Positions 37,691 through 51,178 are shown, numbered from the stretch's first letter. The stretch is DNA of 64,000 nt from Octopus sinensis (GCF_006345805.1 NC_043006.1:33108001-33172000), one strand, 5' to 3'. Numbers and translations are program-made. The notes: generated from the letters alone by a model not told the origin.

Positions 37691-39247
37691 GTTTTGTAGT
37701 CAATGGGAGAAATCAAACTACCAGTGATTTTGAACCATAAAATTGTAACGACACTTATTTTCCAAACATAATGATGTATGCGCGTGCACATTTGTGTGTG
37801 TGTGTGTGTGTGTGTGTGTTATCTTTAAACGTTTTACTCCATCCTTTCGTTATGTAGCTGATCTTTTGAAAAAAAACATTTGGCTCTTCGACTAACAACA
37901 GTAAACTGTCCGCATTTTTCGAGTCAAAAGAATGCTTGGAAAATCAACGACCCATTTCATTGCTGAGAGTAGTGCTTCATTTCTGGTCAGCCTTTGAACG
38001 CCATAGAACCTCTAATTTCTTCTAAGAATTAGGTGTTTGTATATTGCTGGGCTGAAAGGAAGAGAAAAAGGAACTCAAAAAGAAACTCAAAAGAAATACC
38101 GAGCTACTTCCAGTCCCGTCTTTGTCGAACTCAGAATATTTTATATCTGAATTTTCTTGTTAGTCGCTTTAATAACTCCATCATTGCCTCTCATCTTGTC
38201 ATACCTGCTTCCGCTTTCTTTGGAGGCTGCAGACATTGTATTTTATGGCTATAGGATGATTAATAAATTGAAAGAAAAATCGAATAATTATCAATAAGTT
38301 CAGCTTCACTTCTAACGATGTTTCATGTTTGAAAGCTATATTCCTTCTTTATCGTCTCATTTTGACTGAAGTAAAGGATGTCGACCTTATTAAAAGGCTG
38401 GAAGGCACTACTTTTGACTAATGCGATTTCATTTTGCTTTGATTTTCTCTTTCTTTCTCCTTTCCTGTTTTCAACTTCGTAATTTTATTCTAAAAATCTT
38501 AACCTACGAATACATTATCCATTCTACGAATATCCAGCCATTTATCTTCTCCTCCCACTCCACTATGAGTAAAGTCGGTAGGCACCTTCTCCTCGGGGTC
38601 CAATCAGAAGGTAATTACACTTTCCATTATTAAGCGTTAATTTATGACCCATATTTACTTACATAATCGTCGTTAAACTTTCTTATATGCTTATCACTTC
38701 TAATTAAACTGGTTACATATCCTCTAACCCATGACTTATTCCAGCTTAGACGAAACTATAAGCCTATTCACTGAGAGTTGCTATCGTAAGCTTCTCTATT
38801 TCTACTTTCCCTCTTTTCTAAATCTATTGCAACCCACTTCATTGTTACCGAATCATAATTTAGACTCGAGATTCTACTACAATGTATTTTACTGTTTGCT
38901 TCTTTTCATTTGTTATCTCGTGTTTTCTTTGGTTTTTGAGTAAATACTAGTATTGTCGCTATGTAGAAACAAATTTGTTTGAATAATCATTTGTGTTACT
39001 CACACACACACACGCGCGCGCATATATACATATATATATTTGTGTGTGTGTATGTATTGTGTATGTATACTAATGACATGACGTATAACAAGATATTCAT
39101 ATTTTAAAATGCTGTAGTCATTTAATTAGATAACATCATTCATTTGATATATCAAGTTGTTCCATCTGTCAATGTATAAGTTACACAAATATATACATAC
39201 CTAAACACTTACATATACATACACACATACACGCACACACAAGCACA

Positions 39248-39311
<64 letters not shown>

Positions 39312-39699
39312 TACTTATGCATATACATATGCGTGTATTTACGTATACATATATGATATGTATATACAAGTATAATGTGTGTGTAATTGTGTCTGTGTGC
39401 GTGCGTGCATGTTTAACAGGAAATTATATTTGGCACACAACTACAGATTATAGAACAAGAATTGTCCTTTGATGTCGTAAACTCAACTCTTTCGAATCAA
39501 TTTTATTATATAGATATGTTTTTTTTATCTATATACATGTTAATATATATTTGTTTATTATTATGTTTATTTTCATACATATATATACTATGTTTATTCA
39601 TTATTTTCATTTTCATATATATATATTATATATATTATATATATATATATATATGTCTTTCTCTTTCTCTTTTACTTTTTCAGCATTTGATGCGATGCT

Positions 39700-39995
39700 A
39701 GCATTTAATCTAGCAACTCGACTTATTCTGTTGTAAGCCCAGTACTTAGTCATCGGTCTCTTTTTGAACCGTAAGTGACGGGGATAAACACACCAGCATC
39801 GGTTGTCAAGCAATGAGGGAACAAACAACAGACCACAAACAAACACATATAGAATATATATATACGGTATCAGTTCCGTCTACCAAATCCACTCACAAGG
39901 CATTTCGGCCCTTGCAGAAGACACTTGCCCAAGATGCCACTTTACTGAACCCGGAACCTGGGTTGGTACACTACTTACACACAGCCACTCCTGCG

Positions 39996-39999
<4 letters not shown>
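39700..39999 (-). mobile_element. Family B SINE with many small deletions
   Basis: Collinear with 27700-28011. Confidence 0.85.
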
Positions 40000-40037
<38 letters not shown>

Positions 40038-40904
40038 CATAAATATCATCCAAGTCAGAAGAATATATAGGTGTAAGCAGTTCCATTGAATAACTGAGCG
40101 TGTGAAGTTATATTATATATATTGGGATATGGAAAAGAAATTTTCTTTGAATCAATGTTTTAAATAACTGAATCAACATCAAGATCGTGTTGTGTAATTT
40201 GAGGAAAGAACACGTATGAACGTAAACATTATTATTAGGGGTTGCATTGCAAATGATTGCTGTGTATAACTAAGAGAGAATAAATTCGGGGTGTTAATAT
40301 ATAAAAAAAATAATCAAGCCTTGAAAATTAAAGTTATTGGTATTACTAAGGTATCATTGTTTCTTATATTTACATAATTTTCATTTTGCTTAATATTTCA
40401 ATTTAAACTAATGAACGTATATGAAACGATATCGTCTCTCATAATATTTGCTTAGATCGATAATATAGAAGTAATATAGAAATTACGATACTGAGTATTT
40501 TGGTGTATCTTAAAACAAAAGAATGATTTAATGAAAAAATCAATATAAAAAATGTCATGAAATCAATCTTAAAACAGTGGAGAAAATTAACCCATTCAAA
40601 ATAAACTAGAATATAAATAGTTGTACGTTTTTATTAATATGAAATGAAATAAAACAACAAAGGATATAGAAAGAGTTTGAATAAGATTTACAAAGCTCTT
40701 TATACTTACTAAGGCGTACGAAACTGGCATAGTTTAAAGTATTATCATTTACAGAATCATGTGTTATTACATGACTTAGATATGTTTCGACCAAAGATTG
40801 GTCCACGCCATGTGTGACTTAATAGTACCACCTGATATGTATATATATATGTTGTATAATATATATTATATATATATATATAATATATATATGTGTGTGT
40901 GGTG

Positions 40905-40935
<31 letters not shown>

Positions 40936-40964
40936 ATATATATATATAGTATATAGCCAGTGAT

Positions 40965-41017
40965 TGATACACACTGACGACGGGTGACTACCCAGAAACC
41001 CGGGTCTGTGTGTATCA
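40965..41017 (+). ncRNA. Type I hammerhead ribozyme candidate
   Basis: TGATACACA-CTGACGA-C-GGGT-GACT-ACCC-A-GAAA-CCCGGG-TC-TGTGT(GT)ATCA. Core and GUC site are intact, with stem I (5+4 bp and a 2-nt bulge), a 4-bp stem II and palindromic stem III ACCCGGGT. Confidence 0.65.
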
Positions 41018-41159
41018 GGTAAGGCTAGAGATGGGATCGATGATCTCCCTTGCAAATACAGCAAGGGGAAGCTATCTTCTGGGGCTAAAACAACAGTAAC
41101 ATCGTCCTCTATAGGACTGCCACGTTTAGTTGGCAAGATATATATAGATATATATATAG

Positions 41160-41202
<43 letters not shown>

Positions 41203-41266
41203 GTATATATATATAATACATATATATATATTATTAATTATATATATTATATATATATATATATTA

Positions 41267-41305
<39 letters not shown>

Positions 41306-41310
41306 TATAT

Positions 41311-41468
41311 ATACGACGGTCTTTCAGTTTCCGTCTACTAAATCCACTCACAAGGTTTTGGTCGGCCAAGGCTATAGTAGAAGACAATAGCCCAAGGTGC
41401 CACGCAGTGGAACTGAACCTGGTCCAAATGGTTGGTAAGCAAGCAAGCTACGTACCGCACAGCCACTT
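41311..41468 (-). mobile_element. Family B SINE, 5' half
   Basis: TTTCAGTTTCCGTCTACTAAATCCACTCACAAGG...CACAGCCAC matches 27855-28000. Confidence 0.85.
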
Positions 41469-41769
41469 ATATATATAAGTTGTAATAATAAAACCAAACC
41501 AAACAGTGATATTTTGAAAGCATTTAATATGTAAGTTTCAGGGGTGCGTAACACATATATTAGGAAATATACCTATTATGTAAGATGCCCATAAATTATC
41601 TTTAGAGAAACAAATGTAAATTAAACATAACTCAGCAGGGTTTATTAGGAAACAATATTTTATTATTTTATTAGAAACATAAGGACAATTCCAGGAAGCT
41701 GACTGATGGATTTCAACTTTGATAACACTTTGAATTATTTATGGAAGTTAAAACTCTTTGGACATGTTG

Positions 41770-41815
<46 letters not shown>

Positions 41816-41816
41816 G

Positions 41817-42116
41817 GTCTGTGACAGACCATGCCTGTCTTTTGCTGGCCTCAAAACTCATCTGCGAACTCATGGAAAACGAACCGCCACCAACTATTCT
41901 GCCTGTATGTCTGTGCACACCTTTGAATGCAGTGTATGTCAGAAGGTTTTCAAATCCAACTGAGGCCTCGAATAACATTTTAAGATCCACAAAGGGCAGA
42001 ACTTATCTGCAGGTCTCGCTAGTCCAAATCAGAGGTGCAATCTATGTGGGTGTGTTTTTAGAACTTTGTCTGATTTAAAAAGCCACATCAGACACCATGA
42101 TGGCGCTAAGGTGTAG
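41817..42116 (+). pseudogene. Three C2H2 zinc fingers in one frame with two stops; probably a 5'-truncated LINE (RTE-like) 3' end
   Basis: VCDRPCLSFAGLKTHLRTH..FECSVCQKVFKSN*GLE*HFKIH..RCNLCGCVFRTLSDLKSHIRHHDGAKV*. No TGEKP linkers; flanked by (TA)n. Confidence 0.7.
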
Positions 42117-43002
42117 GTGCAGGAGGTGGTCAAACTCTGTATAAGGAGTAGACAACCAGCGTATATATAAGGGACAGAGTCAACAACTAATGAAAAGGTT
42201 GCAAGAAGCAACGAAAGTTTTAGGAAAGAAAAATAATAAATGTTTTAATTGAACTAGTGAGTGTGTTAATTAATAAGGCATTGAAACAGAATGACTCTCT
42301 CCAGACACAACAATATGTATGTGTGTGTGTACGCATGTATGTATGTATGTATGTATGTATGTATGTATGTATGTATGTATGTATGTATGTATGTATGTAT
42401 ACAGATGTATTTGCCTGACACGACAGAGAGACAAAAGATTATAGCTGGAAAGTATTTATTAAGTTATGATACGTATACATATATTAGAAAAAAAAGCTTT
42501 ACAGCTGTTCCAAAGATTCGGCGTATGATCGTTGCTTTGATGCTTAATATGCTAACAGCGCACATGATGAGGTAATAATTACGCATCGAAGAAACAAATA
42601 CTATCAACTCGTATGAAGCATGATAACGTTGATACCTTCGAACTGGAAATGGTGAATACTTTTGTCGGGAAGACGCGTGGCAATAGAGAATACAACAGTA
42701 ATGGACCGCATTTATTTATGATAATACACAGTCATCAATAAGAAGATGGAGTGTTGGGAGGATAATTAACAAATAACCATCGATTACAACACACTGAGGA
42801 TGATACAGAACGATACAGTATAACGAGGAGATGAGTACAATGTGTAAAGAGCAAAGAAAAACAAAGAAACAAAGAATTTAAACATGAAATAATCCATAAA
42901 ATGCGAAGAGACTTCCAGGGCTACTCGTGGAAACCCCACAAAACCACGGTCGCTCTGAGTACCGCTCCTTTTCATTCAATCTAGGTACATACTCAGAGCA
43001 GA

Positions 43003-43102
43003 NNNNNNNNNNNNNNNNNNNNNNNNNNNNNNNNNNNNNNNNNNNNNNNNNNNNNNNNNNNNNNNNNNNNNNNNNNNNNNNNNNNNNNNNNNNNNNNNNN
43101 NN
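43003..43102. other. Assembly gap (100 N)
   Basis: Run of N. Confidence 1.
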
Positions 43103-43733
43103 TACATCTACCTACATCCTTTTGTGAACATTTAAATATAATACAAATTTCTATACTAACAACACCATAGTATGCTTGATTGATAACCTCCACCTCTCCA
43201 ATACGTATAGGTAAAATAACCTAAATAACACCAACAATAAGTAAACAAGCTGGTTGACGAACAAACACTTACAACCTACTTACATTATTTTATCAAAAGC
43301 TGCAAAGGTTACCACACTTAAATAAACAAAGGTTTAAATGTTGGACTAAATCCTGAATATTAACCTTTCCATTCTCAAAACAAATAGTTAAATGTCCTAT
43401 TAGCATCGAAGTAATACCAACAACTAGACCTTATGACACATATACTGACTGATAAGCCAGTTAAACCTACATACATTCTTTTGTGAATCCCTAAAAAAAC
43501 CTATGATCTGAAACTGACACGCCTAAATAGACACACCTGATTACAAAGTTTTACATGCCTGAATAAATTCTGAACAATAACATTACCTCATATTTAATCA
43601 ATAAACATTTTTCATAACACTTCGCCGTCACAATCCAACACAGAACCTAATTATCATTCAATAGAGCTCAGTCTACTCCAGAAAAGTTTAACTTGACACA
43701 GACTATATAAGTCAAGATGAATGTAAATGTAAC

Positions 43734-43778
43734 ACAGTCCGATGCTGGCTTAGCTGACTGAAACTTCGAAGTCACTGT
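43734..43778 (+). ncRNA. Degenerate type I hammerhead-like motif
   Basis: ACAGT-CCGATGC-TGGCTTAGCTGACT-GAAA-CTTCGAAG-TC-ACTGT. Stem I is a perfect 5 bp and stem III is the palindrome ACTTCGAAGT; the core has two substitutions. Confidence 0.45.
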
Positions 43779-44102
43779 CAATGCTATTCTTGTTAAAGAA
43801 TAATACATTTTTACACTGCCAAACGTAGTGAATAGTCCTTCAGTTTAATGTAAACTTCTTTTTATTATCTGTGTCTGTGTGTTTGTGTGTGTAATTTTAT
43901 TGAAGCTGATAAGCCTTCACAAACTGTTACTCAGATTTTGACGTCTCCCATCAGATGCTCATGAATATTACTCAAACTATCTGATGATGGCTTACGTGAA
44001 ACTTTGAATCACATTTTTTTATAGCCTTGTCACCTCCAGTGAAATATCATTTTACCTTCTATTTTTGGTATATGCTCACTGTGTGGATATATATATATAT
44101 TG

Positions 44103-44280
44103 GGAGAGTTTACGAAAAAACAAAAGACGAAGACAGGTGGTGTACAAAACAAACAGATGTATTAGTATAACGCTCAGGAATAGAAAAAGTCTTTTACATT
44201 TCGAGCTTACGCTCTTCTACAGAAAGGGACACAGAAAAAACAAGGAGAGAAAAAATGTGTGTAGTGGCTAACGATCTATC
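44103..44280 (-). mobile_element. Short repeat with hammerhead-like motif (family of 28087)
   Basis: Homologous to 28087-28265; a truncated copy lies at 46998-47110. Confidence 0.75.
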
Positions 44281-46925
44281 ATATATATATTTACGCAATG
44301 CACATATATGCATACATAATTACAGGAAAAACTTGACGATAACGGTTATGATCTTTTCATGTCTTTCTAAAGTTTTGAAACTTTTTTCAAAAACGTTGAA
44401 AGAGCCAAACATGTGTTGGTCCATTATAATTGTAAAGTTATCATGGGTTTATTGTAAAGTGAAGTACACGATCATACCTGTACAAATACATAGCATATAA
44501 GTGCACACATATATGATATGATATATATATATATATATATATATTTAGATGTGATTTGTGGAAACGCGCGTTACGATGATGCATTAAATGTTTATAAATT
44601 CCATCCAAGGATTATTGTTATTATATATATATATATATATCCTACATTATATCAGTACAGCTCGATGCCACCTCAAAAACTGGTTCACCAGTCAGCATCT
44701 TTAGAATTTAACCGGTCATAATAGAATAGGAGCTTTATTTGCTATTCAAAACCTTCCCCATAAACAAATTAAAAGATATTTATATTATTGTGATGTTGTG
44801 GCGCTTCTTATTAATATTATTGCAATCCGAGTCTTCGTGTAATTCTGTTTCTCTGCTGCTTGCGTCGAAACAATGCAAGGTATATAATAAATTGAGACCT
44901 TGACTACCGGTGAGTATTCTATTTGGCTAACTGATTGTTTGAATGGTATGATAAATTGTATGATGGTCAGCAAAGGAAGTTATAATGAATATACTTTTGG
45001 GACCTAGAAATCTTGTTCGAGTGTTCCAAAATTCGGAAGATTAATGTTCGGTTTTACTTTCTGGGGAAAAATGTTAGAAAACACTTTGTGATTTGATTGG
45101 GTAACAGCACATCGCCAGTGAGCAAACGTGACCCATGGTTATACTAAGTATACACAGAAACATGATATATTTAACTATTTAGGACTAAGTGCGAAAATGT
45201 AAATAATTCAGTTTGTTAGCTTTTCAATACCATATGCAAAAAAGAAAGGAACGTGCAGAAGTGACACTTGTTAATAAAGTCTTAATGTTGATCAATGAAT
45301 GAGGAACCTTAAAATAATGGTCCATCTTTTTAGAAAATAGCCCATCCCTTATATAAGAAATCAAATTTGATAGCGACTTTGTAGTTGAGGGTTCATGAAT
45401 AAATAATAATAGAAATGTGTGCTAGAAATTACCATTTCTGAACTATTGTGCGAAAAATTTCGATTACTTGTCAAAGAATGTTGTACTTCTCTTAGAGACA
45501 GAAGTAATACGTTTGCGATTACTGGGTCTAAGGAAACACGTGCTCTATAATGAATGCATTCCTTCGTAAAATTGTTAACTAGTCTAATTTCTATTATTAT
45601 CCTTCAGATTCCAGATATATTTGAATGAAGGCATGTTTCTAAGCATCTGAACAGACTCATATGTCATGAGAATGGTATTAAAATAACTTTCAGTGCGCCT
45701 ATGATGTTATTTGTTCCACGTCCAGCTATAAGATATGCTTTAACTCGATTAGTTAATGATTTAGAAGTGTTGGAAAGGCAGATAGTAGGCTTGTTATAAT
45801 TTCATAGTTTTGCATATTCGCAACGGATGAATTTCTTCTCTGTATGCTGTCATGGAAGCATTATTTACAGCACAATTATGACTTATAGTTATTTCAGATA
45901 TCAGTTGCCTATCTAACACTGCTATATATAAAGTAAGAGGATCCTGGCAATATTAGAAAGAATATTTAAATTCTAAGGGGGATTATATAATATATTCTTT
46001 CTTTTCTTACATTCTTTTGTGTTTAAGTATATATTTGTGTGAAAATATATATAATATAAAAACTCAGATTTTTATAGATTAATATTTCTTCTACATAAAT
46101 TTGTAAGGTGGAGTCTCACGACTCCAACTTTAGTTTTCAAATCGTTTGATGTATACTTTACCAGTTTTACTGATTTACTATAATTCACAAGATTGAAATA
46201 ACCGAACAATGCAACACAAAATGGGAACTCAAAAGCTGCCTCGATGCTAGGTATCCACAATCCTACCGTGACCTGACATCAAAACTGATTGCTTGTGTTC
46301 GCTGTCTCATGTCTGGACGAGATCATTTTTGTTTGTAGTTTGTTCTTTGTCGTCGAGCGGTGGCTAAAGTACCTCAATGGTTCTGAAAGCGAGGTCAGAT
46401 AAAAAGTATTTATGTTCTGAGTTCAAATCTCGATGGAAACGACTTGTCACCTTGCCTCAAAATAGCCACTCTTCAACCCTGCAACGGACTGGCGTCCAAC
46501 TCAGAGGAATGACTATGGTTAGAATTAAACCAACGAAGAAGATTATGAAAAAGAAATTATATTTTTGCGATGCATTTAGTTGTTAATTAAGTTGTTGGAT
46601 CAGCTCGAATTTAAAGATCACAATCGCCGGAGTTTTGCAATATTGGTTCCAAATTTTCGCACAGGGTCAGTAATTTCAAGAGGGGTGCTTAAATCGATTA
46701 GATTGATCTCAGTACCAGGCGAGTACATTATTTCATCGAAGCCAGAGGGATGACAAACAATGAAAACCTCAGTGAGATTCCAACTTAGAACATAAAGCCA
46801 CAAAAACGCTGCTAAGCTTCTTGTACGACACTCTGACGACTCTTCCAGCTCGCTTGCTTGTTAGTAATAGTAGACTCAAAATTAACATGAAGTACGTATA
46901 CAATACACACGTACACACACACATT

Positions 46926-47002
<77 letters not shown>

Positions 47003-47119
47003 GAATTTGCAAAAAAATCAAAAAACGAAGACGGGTATGTAAACAACAAACTGATGTATTATTTTAACGCTCGTGAAGTGAGAAAGTCTTTTATGTTTCG
47101 AGCCTTCACATACATGTGT

Positions 47120-47184
<65 letters not shown>

Positions 47185-47635
47185 ACACACACCACACACA
47201 CATACACACACACTTATATATATACATATTACAAATTACAGATAATTTTACAATCCTGTTTGATAAAAAACTATCAATAGAATGCGATAATTAGGGCATG
47301 TGAGGGAATGGTTTAGAAAAAAGCGCAGTTGCTTTTATAGTACATAAACTTAGGAAAAACGTAGTGTTAAAAGTATAGATTAAAAGTTAAGAGAAATTGA
47401 TAGCAAATTGATATAAAGGAATAGATCTAACTTCAAAAGAAATCGTTATTGGAAAATATATACTTATATTAGAATATTAAATAATGTATACACATATATT
47501 AAAACGAAACGAATAAATGAATGTGAAACACATAATAATGATAGTGAGGAAATGTTTTCGGATTATGAAGTGAAAGGATAAGATCATTGAATAAAACTGT
47601 CGCTGAATATTTACGAATATGAGATAGAGGAAGCT

Positions 47636-48012
47636 CTGTGTGTGTGTATGTGTGTGTGTGCGTGTGTATGTGTTTCTGTGCATGCGTGTGTGCATGTGTG
47701 TGTCTATGTGTGTGTGTGTTTGTCTGTTTATGTGCATGTGTTTATGTGTGTGTTTCTGTGTGTGCTTGTGTGTGTGTTTGTGTGTGTGTGTGTGTTTGTA
47801 TATGTGTGTTTGTGTGTTTGTGTGCATGCGTGTGTGTATGTGTATGTTTGTGTGTGTACATGCATGTATGTGTGCGTGTGTGTATGTGTGTGTGTATGTG
47901 TGTATGTGTGTGTGTTTGTGTGTGCGCATGCGTGTGTGTATGTGTGTGTTTGTGTGTGCGCATGCGTGCGTGTATGTGTGCATGTATGTGTGTGTGTGCG
48001 TGTGTTTGTGTG
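47636..48012. repeat. Degenerate (TG)n tract
   Basis: Seen directly. Confidence 0.95.
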
Positions 48013-48251
48013 TTGGTTATGGAATAATACGAAGTAGATCAGAGTGTAAGTGTAAAAGCTGATTTACAAGGAGGCATGAGAATAACTTTTCATATTCGAA
48101 GTCATAAAAGATGTATGGCCATGAGGCACCCCAATTACTTTTAGGCTTTTAGGGTTTGACAACATGTAATATGAACCTAGCTTCACATACACGGAACTTA
48201 GCATTATTGGAAAATGTTTAAATGATGAAAACATTCTGTAAGAATACTGAG

Positions 48252-48570
48252 GAGACCCCCTTCACTCATGAATGATCAAGGGATTGCACCTAGAAAGTTC
48301 CCCTCCGAGGCACAAGTCCGGGCAAGGTTTTTTATGGAAGGCCAGCATTTGCCCATGCACACCAGCCTGCCCTCTACACACCACTGATGTTATCCAAGGG
48401 AAAGGCAAAGGGGCCGATACAGCTTGGCACCAGTGATGTCGCAACTCATTTCTACTGCTGAGTTAACTGGAGCAACGTGAAATAAAGTGTCTTGCTCAAG
48501 AACACAACGCGCAACCTGGTCCGGGAATCGAATTCATAATCCCACGATCGTAAGCTCGACGCTCTAACCA
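48252..48570 (-). mobile_element. Full-length family C CORE-type SINE
   Basis: Reverse complement of 20003-20328 over its whole length. Confidence 0.88.
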
Positions 48571-49420
48571 TACAAAGAATACTATGCATACATAACAGGA
48601 ATATTCTAAAGAAAAACTACAAAATAGACGTACCACAGAATTATACTTTGCATGAAAAAGTCGATGAGACAACCTGGCAAGGTGGAATCAGTGCGAAACT
48701 ATACTTTATGTGGTTAAATGTCCAAATAAATATCTGCTCACAGAATATGAGTCATATAGACAAGTAAAGATTAATGGTGGTACAATATCTAGCGGAAACT
48801 GGAGGGTGGGTGCTCCTTGTAGGAACTGGTAAACGCGTACCCGTGCATTCTGCCGACAACTCAGTATGTGGCATGCTGTAGGCAAAATATACACCAAAGA
48901 CTGCTGGAATTCTCTTTCGGATCATCCTGTAGTGTATCTGTCTATTATGGACTTTTACCGAACCACTGTAAACTTTTGCCCTCCAGATCTTCCTGTTTTT
49001 TTGCTATATTTATATATATTTGCATATCTTTGTTTTCTCTTTGCCATTCTATAAATCGATTTGATGCCCCGAGAAGGCTTGTTCATAATTTATTCTATTA
49101 TACTTACAATTGCTCGACCACTACATTGCCTTTACGTAAATCGTCTACGATCCTAAAACTCTGCACCTAACGTCGAAGTTTAGACACTTATTGTATGTAT
49201 CTAATATCTATCTCTTTTGACACCGTCTCCTACATACACACATACATACATACATACATACATACATACATACATACATACATACAATACATACATACAT
49301 ACACATACACACTCAAAACCTTATATCCTGCGACGAGCTGGCGTCTCAGGATCAGGGAAATCGGCTTTTGAATCAACGGCTCGGGAAGGACCATTGATCC
49401 GTTATACACACACACACACA

Positions 49421-49461
<41 letters not shown>

Positions 49462-49468
49462 CACACAT

Positions 49469-49525
<57 letters not shown>

Positions 49526-49544
49526 ATATATACATATATATAAA

Positions 49545-49840
49545 GGGAAACGATCGAAAAACATAGAAGATTTGTTTTACAGTATATTAAACCCATGATA
49601 ATAATGCTTTTATACAATTTTTACAAAATAAAGTTGTTTTTCATCATAATTGAAGTAAGGACCGGTTTCGCATTGCTAATCCATTTTATGAGCAATGCGT
49701 AACCGGTCCTTACTTCAAATATGTTGAAAGAACAAAACCTTATTTTGTACAAAATTGTATAATATCGTTATTATCATGGCTTTAATATACTGTTAATTCC
49801 TGTAAAACAAATATCTTCTGGGTTTTATCGTCTTTTCTCT
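49545..49840. repeat. Foldback element with ~130-bp arms and a 13-nt loop
   Basis: 49650-49677 pairs with 49691-49718 (28 bp, one mismatch); imperfect pairing continues outward. Confidence 0.85.
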
Positions 49841-49888
49841 TTCTCTATTTATATCCCCTACGTGTTTTCCCTCACTAAAATATTTTCT

Positions 49889-49929
<41 letters not shown>

Positions 49930-50074
49930 GTGTGTGTGTGTGTGTGTAGTTTAGAAACTACTCTGATCTATGCAGTTTCGGATTTAGCTCGCTGAGCGTC
50001 ATCATACGTTAGTATTTACAAGTAAGACCCTGGGTCTACCATCTCATAAGTGAACATGGTCGGCGGGGCTGTGT

Positions 50075-50305
50075 GGAAGCCCGTCATATATATATATATA
50101 TATAATATGTGTGTGTTTTTATGTTTGTGGTACCACCGTTTGGCAATCAATGCTGGTTTGTTTCCGTCCCAATAACTTAGCGTTTCGGCAAAAGGGACCT
50201 ATAAAGTAAGAAACTTAAAAGAAGTACTGTGGTTGATTTGTTACATTAAACCATTCAGGGCGGCGCTCCAACATGGCCACAGTTCTATGGCTAAAACAAT
50301 TAAGT
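50075..50305 (+). mobile_element. Family B SINE 3' portion (degenerate)
   Basis: GAAGCCCGTCATATA...AACTTAGCGTTTCGGCAAAAG...GCTCCAACATGGCCACAG. Confidence 0.65.
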
Positions 50306-50442
50306 TCACACACACACACACACGCAAACACACAAACACATGCATATACATATATATATATGTATATAAATATGCATATATAAATATAAATATGTGTGTG
50401 TGTGACTATAACTATGAATGTATATATGCGCGATTATATGTG

Positions 50443-50486
<44 letters not shown>

Positions 50487-51098
50487 TAGATAGATAGATA
50501 TACACACACATATGGAAAAAAGAAAAGGAGGTAGGGAGGGATAGAAAGTGGGAGGGATAGAGAAATGGAATAGTTGACTGGAAAAAAAGGTAATATATCA
50601 GACACTTGTAATCATTTAACTGGTTTAAGGAATGAATAGAAAGAAAGATTATTTCAAATATGACAGATTATCTGCAGTGATACCTTTAGAACAAATGTGA
50701 TTTTTTTTGAATAAGATCTAATTACGAGGGAAAAAATAAACCAACTGAAAAACAGAAGAAAATTTTTTAGAAATCATAATATATATAATAATATTTAAAA
50801 GGATTTATTTCAAAAACTATTGTTCACCTGTTAATGATGGATGATTTTTTTTTATAATGAATAGCCATCATTTCGTCAGTGATTGTAATGTAATAAATGA
50901 CAGAAAATTAATAAAAACAATTAAATGTTCTTTTAAATATGATATTACTCTAATTTGTTACGGTGTAAACTGATTTTTTTTACGGTGTGAATTGATGAAT
51001 TACTAAAAACGTCTTTTCATAATTCACGCCGTTTCCATATTGAGTTTTTGAGATATGGTTAATCTTTTGAGTCTGAAGACATTTTGAAACGTCTTCTT

Positions 51099-51178
<80 letters not shown>

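Noticed and set aside
40770-40815. Minus-strand GACCA-ATCTT-TGGTC-GAAACATATC near the main hammerhead
   Set aside because: It has a stem II and GAAA but no recognisable CUGANGA.
41817-42116. Calling the zinc fingers an intact octopus C2H2-ZNF gene
   Set aside because: Two in-frame stops, 5' truncation at (TA)n, and no TGEKP linkers or splice acceptor.
51073-51093. CTGAAGA-CATTTT-GAAACGTC minimal hammerhead core
   Set aside because: There is no stem II pair or stem I; an alternative GAAGAC/GTCTTC hairpin explains it equally well.
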